This document shows, in pieces, positions 18,186 through 29,550 of a stretch of DNA of 64,000 bases. This DNA is from a virus (taxonomy: Duplodnaviria > Caudoviricetes): the IMG/VR virus record IMGVR_UViG_3300026549_000075, positions 6,350-70,349 of that record; one strand, written 5' to 3'. The notes beneath the pieces are model-generated. The model saw only the letters and a list, made by a program, of their open reading frames with translations. It searched no databases and was not told the DNA's origin. The first letter of the stretch is position 1; each line of letters begins with the position of its first letter. A program made the position numbers and the translations under genes.

Positions 18186-18445
18186 TGATAGAGCCTTTTA
18201 GATCTATTTTATGGGCACTTGGTGTATGTACAATAATGCTTTCAAGTGTTATTGTAATTGTATTTCTTGTGTGGGTAGTTAAACTTGAATTTAGTTGGTT
18301 TTTTGGTACAGATATATTTAAATGGTTCCAGAACTTAGGTCGCAAGACTAAAGTTTGGCTTGTAAGAAACTTAATTAAGATTAGAAATAAAACAGATAAA
18401 GCTAATAATAAAAAGCAGATATTACTTGAAGATTTAAAAAATTAG
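18185..18445 (+). CDS. Small membrane protein (single N-terminal TM helix)
   Basis: ILWALGVCTIMLSSVIVIVFLVWVV hydrophobic stretch. Confidence 0.7.
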   Translation: MIEPFRSILWALGVCTIMLSSVIVIVFLVWVVKLEFSWFFGTDIFKWFQNLGRKTKVWLVRNLIKIRNKTDKANNKKQILLEDLKN

Positions 18446-18475
18446 TTTACATGTACATGACATATGATATAATTA
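18443..18475 (+). promoter_or_regulatory. AGTTTACA-class promoter
   Basis: TTAGTTTACA-N16-TATAAT. Confidence 0.6.
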
Positions 18476-18499
18476 AACCATAAATGGAGGTAAGATTAA

Positions 18500-18847
18500 A
18501 TGTTCAACATTAAATTTAAAGATTCTGGTGCTATTATGACTGCTGAGTTCGAGAATTATCTCGATCTTCTGTACTTCGTCGCTGATAAGAAGATTAAGGA
18601 TGAAGATTTTGTTTCAATCAACCTTGGTGATTCTGACATTGAAGGAATTGATGGTCTCTGTGCTTATACCAAAGCAATGGTAACCGAAGTTAAAGCAGCT
18701 CAGAAAGCAGCTGAAGAAGCTATGAATGCTGAATATCAGGAAGAAGATGGTGAAGAATTTGTCTTCGATGATGAAGAGGAAGAAGATGAATTCGATGAAA
18801 TTGAAGAATGATTCAATGAAGTAAATCTTCTTATTAGGAATATTTAA
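18500..18847 (+). CDS. Acidic hypothetical protein; ends at TGA 18811 (code 11) or TAA 18847 (code 4)
   Basis: GGAGGT RBS; D/E-rich tail; the read-through product ends in a TAATG overlap with the next gene. Confidence 0.7.
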
Positions 18848-19191
18848 TGTCCGGAAAGAAAGATAAGATAAAAGACAAGGACAGGTTTTCTGTCCTTGTT
18901 CCTGTTTTAGATAGATGCAGTATATGTGGCTCTACTGATAGAGTTGCTATTCATGAAGTATTTTTTGGTGCTGCTAATAGAAAGAAATCTAAAGAAGATG
19001 GTATGATAGTTCCTCTTTGTTACAATCATCATTTAGGAAATCAAGGAGTTCATACTGTCAAGAAATTAGATCTAATAATTAAGCAGAATGCTGAAAAAGT
19101 GTGGATAGAAAAGTACACTGATAAAAATATATCTTATAATGACAGGATACAACTATTTATAGATAGATATGGAAAGAATTATTTAGATTAA
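18847..19191 (+). CDS. Small HNH-like zinc-finger nuclease
   Basis: CSICG...IHEVFFG..RKKS....IVPLCYNHH pattern. Confidence 0.7.
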   Translation: MSGKKDKIKDKDRFSVLVPVLDRCSICGSTDRVAIHEVFFGAANRKKSKEDGMIVPLCYNHHLGNQGVHTVKKLDLIIKQNAEKVWIEKYTDKNISYNDRIQLFIDRYGKNYLD

Positions 19192-19279
19192 CGCAGGAGA
19201 ATGATTCTAAAAACTAATATAATTATTCATTATATTATGAAACTAATGTCTTGCGTCACTTGTGTAAACGAGGTGATAA

Positions 19280-19651
19280 ATGGTTAAATTTAAAATTAAT
19301 AGACATGAATGGGAAATCGATTTTATGAATGAAGATAATGTAGAAGGAGATGATATTTATCAGACTACATGTGGATTAACTAACTATATTGGTAATACAA
19401 TTGTTATTAATCCAATGATGAATGAATATCAAACAAAAACAACAATCATTCATGAAATTACACATGCGTTTAGATGGTCTTATGGATTTGTAAATGATGT
19501 TGAACCTGTAAAGATAACTGTCGCAGAATTAGATGAGATGATCTCTAACTTTATGGAAAGTTTTGGTGAACAAATTATCGAATTATCTGACAGTTTATTT
19601 AATAGATTAATGAAGGAGAAAAATGGCAACAGAACTTCCAAAAAATCTTAA
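19280..19651 (+). CDS. HExxH metallopeptidase-like protein
   Basis: CGLT...IVIN...TIIHEITHAF. Confidence 0.7.
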   Translation: MVKFKINRHEWEIDFMNEDNVEGDDIYQTTCGLTNYIGNTIVINPMMNEYQTKTTIIHEITHAFRWSYGFVNDVEPVKITVAELDEMISNFMESFGEQIIELSDSLFNRLMKEKNGNRTSKKS

Positions 19652-20666
19652 AGATGTGCTACAAAAAATAAATAAGACATATGGAGCTGGAACTATTCAA
19701 ACATTAGGAGATACTCAGCCTATTAGTCATAATCTTCTTTCGTCTGGTAGCTTATTAATAGATAAGATACTTGGAGGAGGAATTGGCTACGGAAGAATTT
19801 CTGAAATATACGGTGCAGAGTCTTCAGGTAAAACAACTTTATGTTTACAGTTTGCAGCTCAATGCCAGAAAAATGGTGGAAGAGTAGCATATGTAGATGT
19901 TGAAAATGCTCTAGATGTTAATTATGCCAGACATTTAGGAGTAAATACTGATGATTTAATTTTTACACAGCCATCTTCAGGTGAACAAGCGCTTGAAATT
20001 GTTGATGCACTAGCAAAATCTGGTGAAGTAAATCTTATTATTGTTGACTCTGTAGCGGCTCTTACACCTCAAGCAGAATTAGATGGTGAGATGGGAGATC
20101 AGAACATTGGTTTATTAGCTAGACTTATGTCGAAGGCTATGAGAAAACTTACTGGTACATTAAATGAAAAGAATTGTGCAGTAATATTCATTAACCAGAT
20201 TCGTATGAAGATCAATACTGGGTTTATGATGGGAAATCCAGAAACAACAACTGGAGGTAATGCTTTAAAATTTTATGCCTCTCAAAGAATTGAATTAAAG
20301 AAAACTACTTCAATTAAATCTGGTGATGAAGTTATTGGGACTCATGTTAAAGTAAAATGCGTTAAAAATAAAATTGCTACTCCAATGAAAGTATGCGAAG
20401 CTACAATGATTTTTGGAGATGGATTCTCCGCTAAAGGTGAAGCAATTGATTTAGCAGTTGAGTATGGATTTATTGAAAAATCTGGAGCATGGATGACTAC
20501 TCATGATGGTCAGAGATTCCAGGGTTTAAAAAAAGTACAAGAATACTATGAAAATAATACAAATGCGTTGGAAGAATTAACCCAAATGGTTAAAAATAAA
20601 TTGATGGGAATTGAATTAGAACCAGTTTATGAAATTAATGAGGAAACGGGCGAAATTATAGAATAG
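19623..20666 (+). CDS. recA: RecA/UvsX recombinase
   Basis: GRISEIYGAESSGKTT Walker A, IIVDSVAAL, IFINQIR, PETTTGGNALKFYASQR, KSGAW. Confidence 0.96.
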   Translation: MATELPKNLKDVLQKINKTYGAGTIQTLGDTQPISHNLLSSGSLLIDKILGGGIGYGRISEIYGAESSGKTTLCLQFAAQCQKNGGRVAYVDVENALDVNYARHLGVNTDDLIFTQPSSGEQALEIVDALAKSGEVNLIIVDSVAALTPQAELDGEMGDQNIGLLARLMSKAMRKLTGTLNEKNCAVIFINQIRMKINTGFMMGNPETTTGGNALKFYASQRIELKKTTSIKSGDEVIGTHVKVKCVKNKIATPMKVCEATMIFGDGFSAKGEAIDLAVEYGFIEKSGAWMTTHDGQRFQGLKKVQEYYENNTNALEELTQMVKNKLMGIELEPVYEINEETGEIIE

Positions 20667-20676
20667 GAAGACAGAT

Positions 20677-20883
20677 ATGAATTTACAAAAGGTAGACAGT
20701 TCAAATATAGATAGGATAGGTTATCAAGATAGAAAGTTAATTGTAGAATATAAATCTGGATTAATGTATGCTTATAATGATGTTCCAGAACATGTTTGGA
20801 ATGAATTTAAAATAGCAGAATCAAAAGGTAGATTTATGAATTCTGAAATCAAAAATAAGTACTTATTTAAGAGACTTAATTAG
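20677..20883 (+). CDS. KTSC-domain protein
   Basis: VDSSNIDRIGY..LIVEYKSG..YAYNDVP..AESKGRFMNSEIKNKY. Confidence 0.85.
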   Translation: MNLQKVDSSNIDRIGYQDRKLIVEYKSGLMYAYNDVPEHVWNEFKIAESKGRFMNSEIKNKYLFKRLN

Positions 20884-20911
20884 ACTGGGTTAATTTAAAC
20901 TCAGTCTTTTT
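20882..20911 (+). terminator. Rho-independent terminator
   Basis: AGACTGGGTT-AATTTA-AACTCAGTCT followed by TTTT. Confidence 0.75.
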
Positions 20912-20913
20912 AT

Positions 20914-21005
20914 GTAAACTCTGTTTACTAGCGTGTAAACTTTGTTTACAGAATAATATATTATAATATAGATATTATAATTATAATAATATAATAGATA
21001 TATAA
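20914..21005. promoter_or_regulatory. Tandem palindromes GTAAAC-N3-GTTTAC (20914 and 20935) plus a very AT-rich tract
   Basis: Seen directly in the sequence, at the boundary between the early block and the structural block. Confidence 0.6.
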
Positions 21006-21054
21006 GTGCAGTTTACATGAAATCTTCAAATTTAAATCTCATAAGTTTATTTAA

Positions 21055-21067
21055 TGCCAAAATTATA
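21055..21067 (+). promoter_or_regulatory. Putative late promoter variant TGCCAAAATTATA
   Basis: 38 nt upstream of the ATG at 21093; the motif is a degenerate match. Confidence 0.4.
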
Positions 21068-21092
21068 TATAATATAAATAGATAGGAGCACT

Positions 21093-24000
21093 ATGACATA
21101 TAAAGAATTGTTTAATGATTTAAAAGACTTCTCTGAAAATTTTACATTGTCAGAAGGAGTTTATAGAGTAGTAGATAAATCTGATGTTGAAGTTGCTTCT
21201 AGCATTTTAAAACATTATTATCTAGATGTTAATGAAAAGAATCTAGATTATCAGAATAATTCTCCAGATGGAATTAATTATTTGATAAGATTTAGTAAAC
21301 CAATTGAGGATAACAGGATGAATGAAGATTTAATCACTAAAAGAGATTTAGAAGCTGCTAGGTTGATACTTAAACATGACACTGATCCTAGACATATTAA
21401 GAAGGCTCAAGATGTTATTAAAAAGTATAAAGAACAAAATAAAGCTGATGTAGATGAAGCAATTGAAAAACATGATACTCTTAATCCTAAACTTTGGGAT
21501 GAAAACAATGAATTAAAACCTGAAGTTAGAAAAAAGATTGAAGAGATTGTACAGAAGTTTGATGATAACCTTAAAGAAAATGATGTAGAATTGAATGTTA
21601 AGGATATCGCAATTATTGGAAGTAATGCAAATTACAATTACTCTCCTGATTCAGATGTTGATATTCATATTATAGCTGATACTTCAGTTTATCCTGATCA
21701 AAAAGATTTAGCAATGAAGGTTTATTTAGCATATAAATCTTTATTTAATAATAAATATGATCCTACTTTAAATGGTGTTGAAGCTGAGATTTATGTAGAA
21801 CCAGACGAAGTTCATGCAAATTCTAATGGAGTATATTCACTTAAAGATGGTTGGTTAAAAGAACCTGAGCAAGTGGATGTTCCTGATATTGATCCTGAAC
21901 ATGTACAAGAATTAATTCAACCATTTGAAGATAGATATAATGAGTTAATTAATTCTGATCCTTCTGTAAGTGATGTTGATAAATTAATTGATGATATTTA
22001 TTTGCAGAGGCAGCAGTCTATTTTAAAAGATGGGGAATTTGGCGATGGTAACATTTGTTTTAAAGAATTTAGAAACAGAGGTTATTTGCAGAATTTAAGA
22101 GATTTAAAGGTTGAGTTGGAGAATAAAGAGATGAGTTTAAATGATATGAATGAGCAATTCTTATATTTAAATAATCTAAATGAAGATTGTGAAGAAATTA
22201 ATGAGCAATTAGTTTCAGATGATTTATTTGTTGGTGCAGAATTTGTTGAGCCAGATACAGGTTCTAGAATTGTAATAACAAGTATTGAAGATGATTTAGT
22301 AACATATGATGAGACTCTTGATGGAGGTGAATCAGTTACTATTACTGATCCTATTAGTTATTTCGTTTCAACACTTAATGAATATGATTATGTTTTAGAT
22401 GAGAATTGTAAAAAAGATCTTAAGGAAGAAGTTTTTGAAAATGAAAATGGTATGGAAATCAGTTTCCCTGATCCTCGTGATACATTAGCAGTATTCCTTG
22501 AGTGGGAAGGTATAATTGGCTATACTGATGAAATTTATGATGTTGCTCAAGAAGGTTATGACGCGTTAGATGAATTCCTTGAATATGAAGGTATTCTTGG
22601 ATACACAAGTAAGATTTATGAAATCGTAAATACAGGATCTGCTTGGTGCAGTCAGATGGAAATGGAAGACTTCCTTTCTGTTTGTAAATCATTGTATCTT
22701 GATTATACATTAGCTATTGATGATGACGATATAGATGAAAAGTTAGAAGAGTCTGGTGATCTTTATCTTGGTTCAAAGTGGAATAATAAATATGATAGGG
22801 ATAGATATTTTAGAACAGTTCCTAAATATAGAATAAAGGATAAACGTACTAATAAATCATTTACAGCTCAGTGTGGCAACTGGGATTCAATAGATGATGT
22901 TAAGAAAGAATATCCTGAAGATAAGTACGAAGTTAAGTTAGTTGAAGCTACAAAAGTTGGATTAGTATCTGCAGCAAAAAGTGCATTAAATAAATATTGC
23001 GATAAATTAAAAGATGCTTCAGCTGAAGAAATTTATGATAGAGCTTTAAAACATGCAAGTAGATCAGAATATCCATTTGTTAAGGATAATTTAATTGCTA
23101 AAAAAGATATTGCTATTGATTATATTAATAAACGTAAAGAAGCAATGTCTACTGATGATTTAGATGAAGATTTTGTAATAGATGATAAACCAGGTACAAA
23201 GTATAGAAATAAAAATGGTATCATCCTTAAGATGGAAGAACCTACTGAAGATGGTGAAATTCAGTTTGCTATTATAGATAATGGTGAAATAATTGATCAT
23301 CGTAAAATGTCTGATTTAAAATCATTTGCTAGAATGGTTGATGCTAATGGTTATGAAAAATTAACTGAAGACACTATTAAACAAGGTGATAAATGAGTTA
23401 ATAAGGGTAAAGAAGGAACACACGGAAAGTTTAAGACCAAAAAGGATGCAGATGATCAACGTAAAGCGATGTTCGCTAATGGATACCACGAATCATTAGA
23501 TGAAGGTACAGCATTTGATGGAATGCCTGGTTATATGACTCCTGAAGAAATTAGAGCAAAGAAACTTGCTGATAAGGAGAAGTTAGATGCTGAAAAAGAG
23601 CAAGTTAAAGCTCAGAAGGCTGCTGAAAGAAAAGAAAAAGCAAAAGCTGAAAGAGCAAGACAGAAAAGAATTGATCAAAGAGCGAAGGTTAACAGTTTAA
23701 GCTATGATTCATTAGCTGATATGGCAGGTCTTCCTGAAGATAATAATGATTTAACAAAAGATGAGTTATTAGCAGTACTCCGTGCTAGTATGAGTGATGA
23801 AGAGATTCTTAAGTTACATAAAAAGATGTTCGAAAGTTTAAATGAATCTCATAAAGGATATGATTTAATTTTTGATAGAGATACTGGTGATCGTCAAGTT
23901 GAGTATGGAATTAATTGGATTCAGTTCACAACAGATAATTATGATGATGCTGTTAGATGGGCTAGACAGTTAGATGCTGCCATGGCTGGTGATATTGATG

Positions 24001-24701
24001 AGTATGGTGAACCATCTGATGATTCTAAATATTATGATCCTGAGAATTATCCTAAAGATATTCAAGAAGTTGGAGATGGAAAATTTAACTTCAGAAGAAG
24101 AAGAGATATTTTAGATAGCATTGAAAAGGTTGATTTTGTAGATGCTGATGATATTCATGATCTTGATGAAGCTATTGATGATTCAGATGCCGCAGGAAAG
24201 GCTTTAGCAAATTATTTAGATATTCCATTAGAAGATTTAGATTATGTCGGAGATGACATCTACGAAACTCAGGACACATCTTACATTGTGTGTGATGAGG
24301 ATGAAGCTTATAAAAAAGCTGTAGATGAAATTAAGATGTTAGTAGATGACATGGGCCTTGATGCTTTTACTCCTCATTTTAAAGATTGGATTATAGATAA
24401 TGCAATTGATGAAGATGCAATTGATGATATCATTGAACAGGAAATCGAGTACTTTGAAGATGATGAAGATAATCCAGATATGTTAACTTATCTTAGAGGA
24501 TTAAATACTTTAGATGATAAAGTTAATTATATAAAAGATTTATATGGTGATTCATTAGCAATTTGGGCAAAGGATTATATCGATGTAGATAAAGTTGCTG
24601 AAGAAGCAATTAAAGAAGATGGAGTTGCTCATTTCATTGCTCAATATGATGGAGAAGAAGTAGATTTAGGCAATAATTTATTTGCTTATAGAATATATTA
24701 G
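21093..24701 (+). CDS. 1202-aa acidic multidomain protein with a Pol-beta-type nucleotidyltransferase domain (1 TGA=W)
   Basis: HDTLNPKLW..IAIIGSNANYNYSPDSDVDIHII (GS..DxD). The TGA at 23394 sits in DK-W-VNKGKEGTHGKFKTKKDADDQRKAM and joins in frame to the 23469 ORF. Confidence 0.75.
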
Positions 24702-24709
24702 GAGATCTC

Positions 24710-25762
24710 ATGGAAAGACTTTTAGAGTATAACAGAAAAGATTTAAGGAACTGAGCAGGTGAAGAATTAGCTGCAAAGTTCTTTGAAACAAGATCTAAGT
24801 ATCCAGCTCCATATAACAACTTAGATTATTGGATTAATAATGGTACACCTGAAGAGTTATCTACATATATGAATAACTATAAATCCAATAATCAAAAGAG
24901 AAAAGAAGTTGTAGTTGAAGGTGCGGAAAAGATCTACGATGATGGAAGATGAACAGTAGTTCTTTGTAAGACTTATCCAGCTATGGCATTATATGGTAAA
25001 GGAACTAGATGATGTATAGCAGGAAATTATCCAGGTCATGAAGGTAGAGGCCAAGAATATTTTGATAGCTATAAACAAAGCAGATATACTAATTATTATG
25101 TATATATTGATAAGGAAGCACCAGAAGGAAACAATAAATGGTGTGTATGTCCATTAAAGTCCAATCCACTTGATGAATGTGATATTTGGAATGCACCTGA
25201 TAGAACTGTTCCGTGTATTCCTAATGCACCTACACTTCCTAACATGCCTCCAGTCTCCAATATTGTTATTTTAGATAATGTTTTACTTAAGTTAAAGCAA
25301 GCTGATGATAATAGTACAGTATTCAATGTTCCAGAAGGTGTTGAAGCAATAGGAAGAAAAGCATTTGTTGATTTAAGAAATTTAGATGAAGTTAAGATTC
25401 CTAATAGTGTTAAGTCTATTGGTTCTGGTGCATTTGCTTCTTCTTCAATAAAAACAGCTGTTATTCCTGATAGTGTTACACAAATTGGAACTGCATTATT
25501 TGGTTTATGTGAAATATTAAAAACTGTATCTCTTGGAACAGGCATAACATCAATTAATAAAAATATGTTTGCATTCTGCTCAGGTTTAGATTCAGTTATA
25601 GTAAATGGTATTATTGAAAATATTGGACAAACGCCATTTGATGGTGTAAATAAAAATTGCACATTCTATGTACGTAATCCATATAGAAATAGAAAATTAG
25701 TTGATTATTTAAATGATCAAGGATTCACTGTTGTAGATGCAAGTACCAGTGAAGTTATTTAG
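24710..25762 (+). CDS. 350-aa protein: YGKGTRWCI domain + BspA-type leucine-rich repeats (3 TGA=W)
   Basis: AGGAG RBS; VPEGVEAIGRKAF/IPNSVKSIGSGAF/IPDSVTQIGTALF repeats. Confidence 0.75.
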
Positions 25763-25774
25763 AGAGGTTAGATA

Positions 25775-27919
25775 ATGATTAAAGTTATTTGAAGTTCAAA
25801 CGGTGAATTGGATGATTTACTTCAGATGCCAGCAGATCAGAAGAGACTTGAACTTACCAATTGGTATGACAAAGAAATGGTTGATCAATTAGCTGATGAT
25901 GAATTGGATAAGATTATAGGAGATAATGTTGATATCTTCTATAATGAAGCAATGGAAGATTTTGAATATAACATTGTTCCTATGATTTCAAATCAGTTCC
26001 TTGGTGGCTTTGTTTTAGATGAAAATTTTAATGTAGTTGATCCTGGTGTCCTTTTAAGTGATGCTAGAGAAACTTGTGAAATTTATGAAGATGATAATGG
26101 AGACCTTTACTGGAAAGAGGAAGGTAGAAAAGCAATTCCATTATTAGGTTTTGATGAAGATCAAGATAAATTTATCGATCAGCTTGATCAGTTAGATATT
26201 TTAAGTACGATGCATAATCTTTATCCTGATCAAGATGATGAAGATATTGAAATTTATGACATTGCTGATTTAATTCCTTTTGATTGGACATTACTTGGAA
26301 ATGTTTTAAATCACGCTGTTAATAATTTAGATGTTGTTGAAGAGTTAACAGAAGCGAAAGCAAAGAATCCTAATAAATTATCTAATGAATTAGCAGAAGT
26401 TGTTGATCTTGCTGATGAGTATGGATATGAATACTTTACTCAGATGCCATTTACATCATACGATGATGATCCTATTGCAATTGAAACACAGTATCCAGAG
26501 TTGTTTAGAGTTATTAAGTCATTCTTTAAAGAGATGGAATTGCTTGATGATGCAACAAAAGAAGATTATATAAATGATAGGTATCCTCATGGGGATGCTC
26601 CTATTACAAAAGATGATGTTACATTGGATAATCCAGATGTATTAGATTATTTATGAGATTTAGAGGATCAGCTATCAACAACTAGTCCATCTGATTTTAA
26701 ACATGATTGGGATGTTATTATTAGATCATGTGAGAAGTTAGCAAATGGTAAAGGTGTTCAGTTCGAAAAAGAATATAAGACTGGATATAATTCAGCATTA
26801 GATGATGATGAGATCATTGCTAGTAGAGAGCAGGAAGAATCATTAAAAGAAGATTTTATTGAAGTAACAACATATGATCAAGCTAAAGATTTAGGTTCTG
26901 GTACTAAATGGATTTGATCAGGTAATTATCCTGGACATGAAGATGAGGGTGAATATTATTTTAATAAATATAAAAATTTAGGTAAAATGTTTATTGATCC
27001 TGAAAATAAGTTATGTAAAATTGTTACTGACAATAGAACATTTATTTATGATAAAGATGATAAAGTACTTAAAGAATCATTAAATGAATCTGTTGAAATT
27101 CATATGGAAGGTACATATGACATGGCAGATTTATTAGATGCATATGATGAGAAAACTGGTAAAGTTCATGACAATCTTGAATTTATTAAAGATTTAGATA
27201 AAAATAAACATCTTTATAAGGATGATGAAGGAATTGAATTTATTGTAACTGATGAAGGTGTTTACGATGATTTAGATGAAAGTGCTGTTACTGATAAAGG
27301 CAGACACATTGCTCGTCAGGGTGCAGGATGGATTCATAATGAATTGTATAGATTATCAGATGCTGTTGATCAGTTAAATAAGAGAAAATCATTACATCCA
27401 GGTGAAAAAGAAGCAGCTAAAGCTATTATTGATGTGGCAAACGATATTCATAGAGATTTGATTGATGAAAGTCTTAATGAAGATGTAAGATTCTATGTTG
27501 ATGGTGGAGATGTTGTAGATTCACTTAAAGATGATAAAGCTATTGGAACTTTATATGATGATGGTACAGTAGAATTATTTGATGCTAAGAATGTTTCTAA
27601 AGCTGATAGAGAAAAAATTAAAAAGGATTTAAGTAATCATTATTATGTTTCATTTTTAGATGAAGACTGGATCAATCCTGAACTTTATAAACCTTTTGGT
27701 CATGATTCATATGATAGTGGATATGTTTATGAACCTAGAGATCCTGAAGAAGATGAGGCTAGAATTCTTCCACCTGATGCAGATGATGAAGATTGGGAAG
27801 ATGATCTCATTCTTGAAGATACAGTTACTTGGCCATGGGGTGATCCTGATGAGGAACTTCCTCAAAAAAAGTTACCAGATAAAACAAGTTCAGACAGCTT
27901 AGTGAATAAGTTAATTTAA
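25775..27919 (+). CDS. 714-aa acidic hypothetical protein, putative internal head protein (3 TGA=W)
   Basis: GAGAGG RBS; ORFs 25808 and 26987 are in frame with only TGA interruptions; repeated SLNE/LDE linkers. Confidence 0.7.
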
Positions 27920-27946
27920 AGGTACTTCGGTACCTTTTATTTTTAG
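27917..27946 (+). terminator. Rho-independent terminator
   Basis: AAAGGTAC-TTCG-GTACCTTT followed by a T-run. Confidence 0.85.
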
Positions 27947-27990
27947 TATATAATATTTTGAGATATAAAATAGTAATTATGTTTTTGTAA

Positions 27991-28001
27991 TGCTAAATTT
28001 A
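27991..28001 (+). promoter_or_regulatory. TGCTAAATTTA putative late promoter
   Basis: 36 nt upstream of the ATG at 28027. Confidence 0.65.
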
Positions 28002-28026
28002 GTATAATAAATGTGAGGAATTTAAT

Positions 28027-29550
28027 ATGAAGATTAATCTTTCAGAAGAATTAGTTATAAATGATGACATTTCTTTAGGTAATGATGAAGAAAAAGAGGC
28101 TAAAGAAATTGAGAAATCAGCTGAAGAACATGAAAAAGAAGTCAACAAAGAATTAGAAGATAAGGTTAAAGATGTTGAAGAAATTAATGAATTCGAGGCT
28201 AAGCCTATAGAAATTCATGATGCAGAAGATAAGAAGCTTAAAATTAAAGGCTTAACTGAAAAGTTAATTCTTGAAGAACCTTCTGATATTTTAACTGAAG
28301 CTAAGGATATTGATGATATTCTTTTTGAATTAAGAGATCAATGTGTAAGAGATGTTCATAATGAGCTTCATTCTTATTTAAAACATTGTGAATATGCAAA
28401 TATGGATTATCCTTATAATACAAAAGAGGCTGCAATTGATGCATTAGAGTCAATTTGTGAAGAAGCTATTTATCATATGGATGACATCCTTGATAATTCT
28501 GGAATGCTTACTGAAGAAGTACTTGATGAAAAGATTCCTCAAGATTTAGCTAAAGGTTACAAAGCTTGGAATTATAAAGGAGCTGGATCAGCTGCAGATT
28601 TAGAAAATGCTACTTATGATGCAGTAAGTCCAGAAGAAGGTTTTAAACTTTATAAAGAAGATCCTACACAAGTAAGATTATTAGTTAATGGTAAATTGAT
28701 AGATTTTAGATCTAATGGTAAACCTTCTGATCATCACAGAATTGATTGGTTAGATAATGATAAAGCTTTTAGAAATAGGAATGGAAAGATTGTAAGAGAT
28801 ACAATGTATATTCCTCCTAAAGAGCTCTTTAAATTAGCTGATAAAGTATATGTTACAAATGAAGCTAAACCTGAAGGACAAAAAGATCGTAATTTGTTAG
28901 CTACAAGATCACAAAATTATGAATCACCAAATTACTCTGGAAAAAGTTTGCCAACATATAATTTAACAGATCGCTGGTCAGGTGAAATAAGAGGCGATTC
29001 TGGTTCATTAGGTTCTATTAAAAGATTAGAACGCTATATAAAAAGAAACTTAGATTATGCTGCTGATGCAAGAAGAAACGCTGATTATTATAGAAATAAT
29101 GGCGATGAAGGTAATGCTGAGTATTATGAAAATAGAGCTAAGTCTTATGAAAAAGAAGCTGATCAATATAAAGCAAAGATTCAAGATATAAAGGCTCGTG
29201 CAAGATATGCAGATTCAGAAAAAGCTTTAGAGGCTCCATTTGAGAGATATAAGAATTTAAAAGAGAAAATCAGATACGCAAAGAGAGATGTTGAAAGATC
29301 TGAAGAAACATTAAATGATAGAAGAGCAAATGGTTCTCCTCAATCTAGAGATAATAGACAAAAATTACAAAATCTTCAAGATAGATTAGCTGATATTAAA
29401 AAGCAAATATTAATGGTTGAACTTGATCTTGAAGGTACTGATGAAGAAGATGCAAAAGCAATTACAGCAGCAGAAAATGAATTTAACAGTCGTAAAGCAG
29501 AGTATGATGCAATAAATGCTGAGTTAAATGCTTTATTAAGGAGGAGCTAA
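28027..29550 (+). CDS. 507-aa acidic/coiled-coil virion-type hypothetical protein
   Basis: ORF track; LxE motifs; C-terminal coiled coil. Confidence 0.75.
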   Translation: MKINLSEELVINDDISLGNDEEKEAKEIEKSAEEHEKEVNKELEDKVKDVEEINEFEAKPIEIHDAEDKKLKIKGLTEKLILEEPSDILTEAKDIDDILFELRDQCVRDVHNELHSYLKHCEYANMDYPYNTKEAAIDALESICEEAIYHMDDILDNSGMLTEEVLDEKIPQDLAKGYKAWNYKGAGSAADLENATYDAVSPEEGFKLYKEDPTQVRLLVNGKLIDFRSNGKPSDHHRIDWLDNDKAFRNRNGKIVRDTMYIPPKELFKLADKVYVTNEAKPEGQKDRNLLATRSQNYESPNYSGKSLPTYNLTDRWSGEIRGDSGSLGSIKRLERYIKRNLDYAADARRNADYYRNNGDEGNAEYYENRAKSYEKEADQYKAKIQDIKARARYADSEKALEAPFERYKNLKEKIRYAKRDVERSEETLNDRRANGSPQSRDNRQKLQNLQDRLADIKKQILMVELDLEGTDEEDAKAITAAENEFNSRKAEYDAINAELNALLRRS

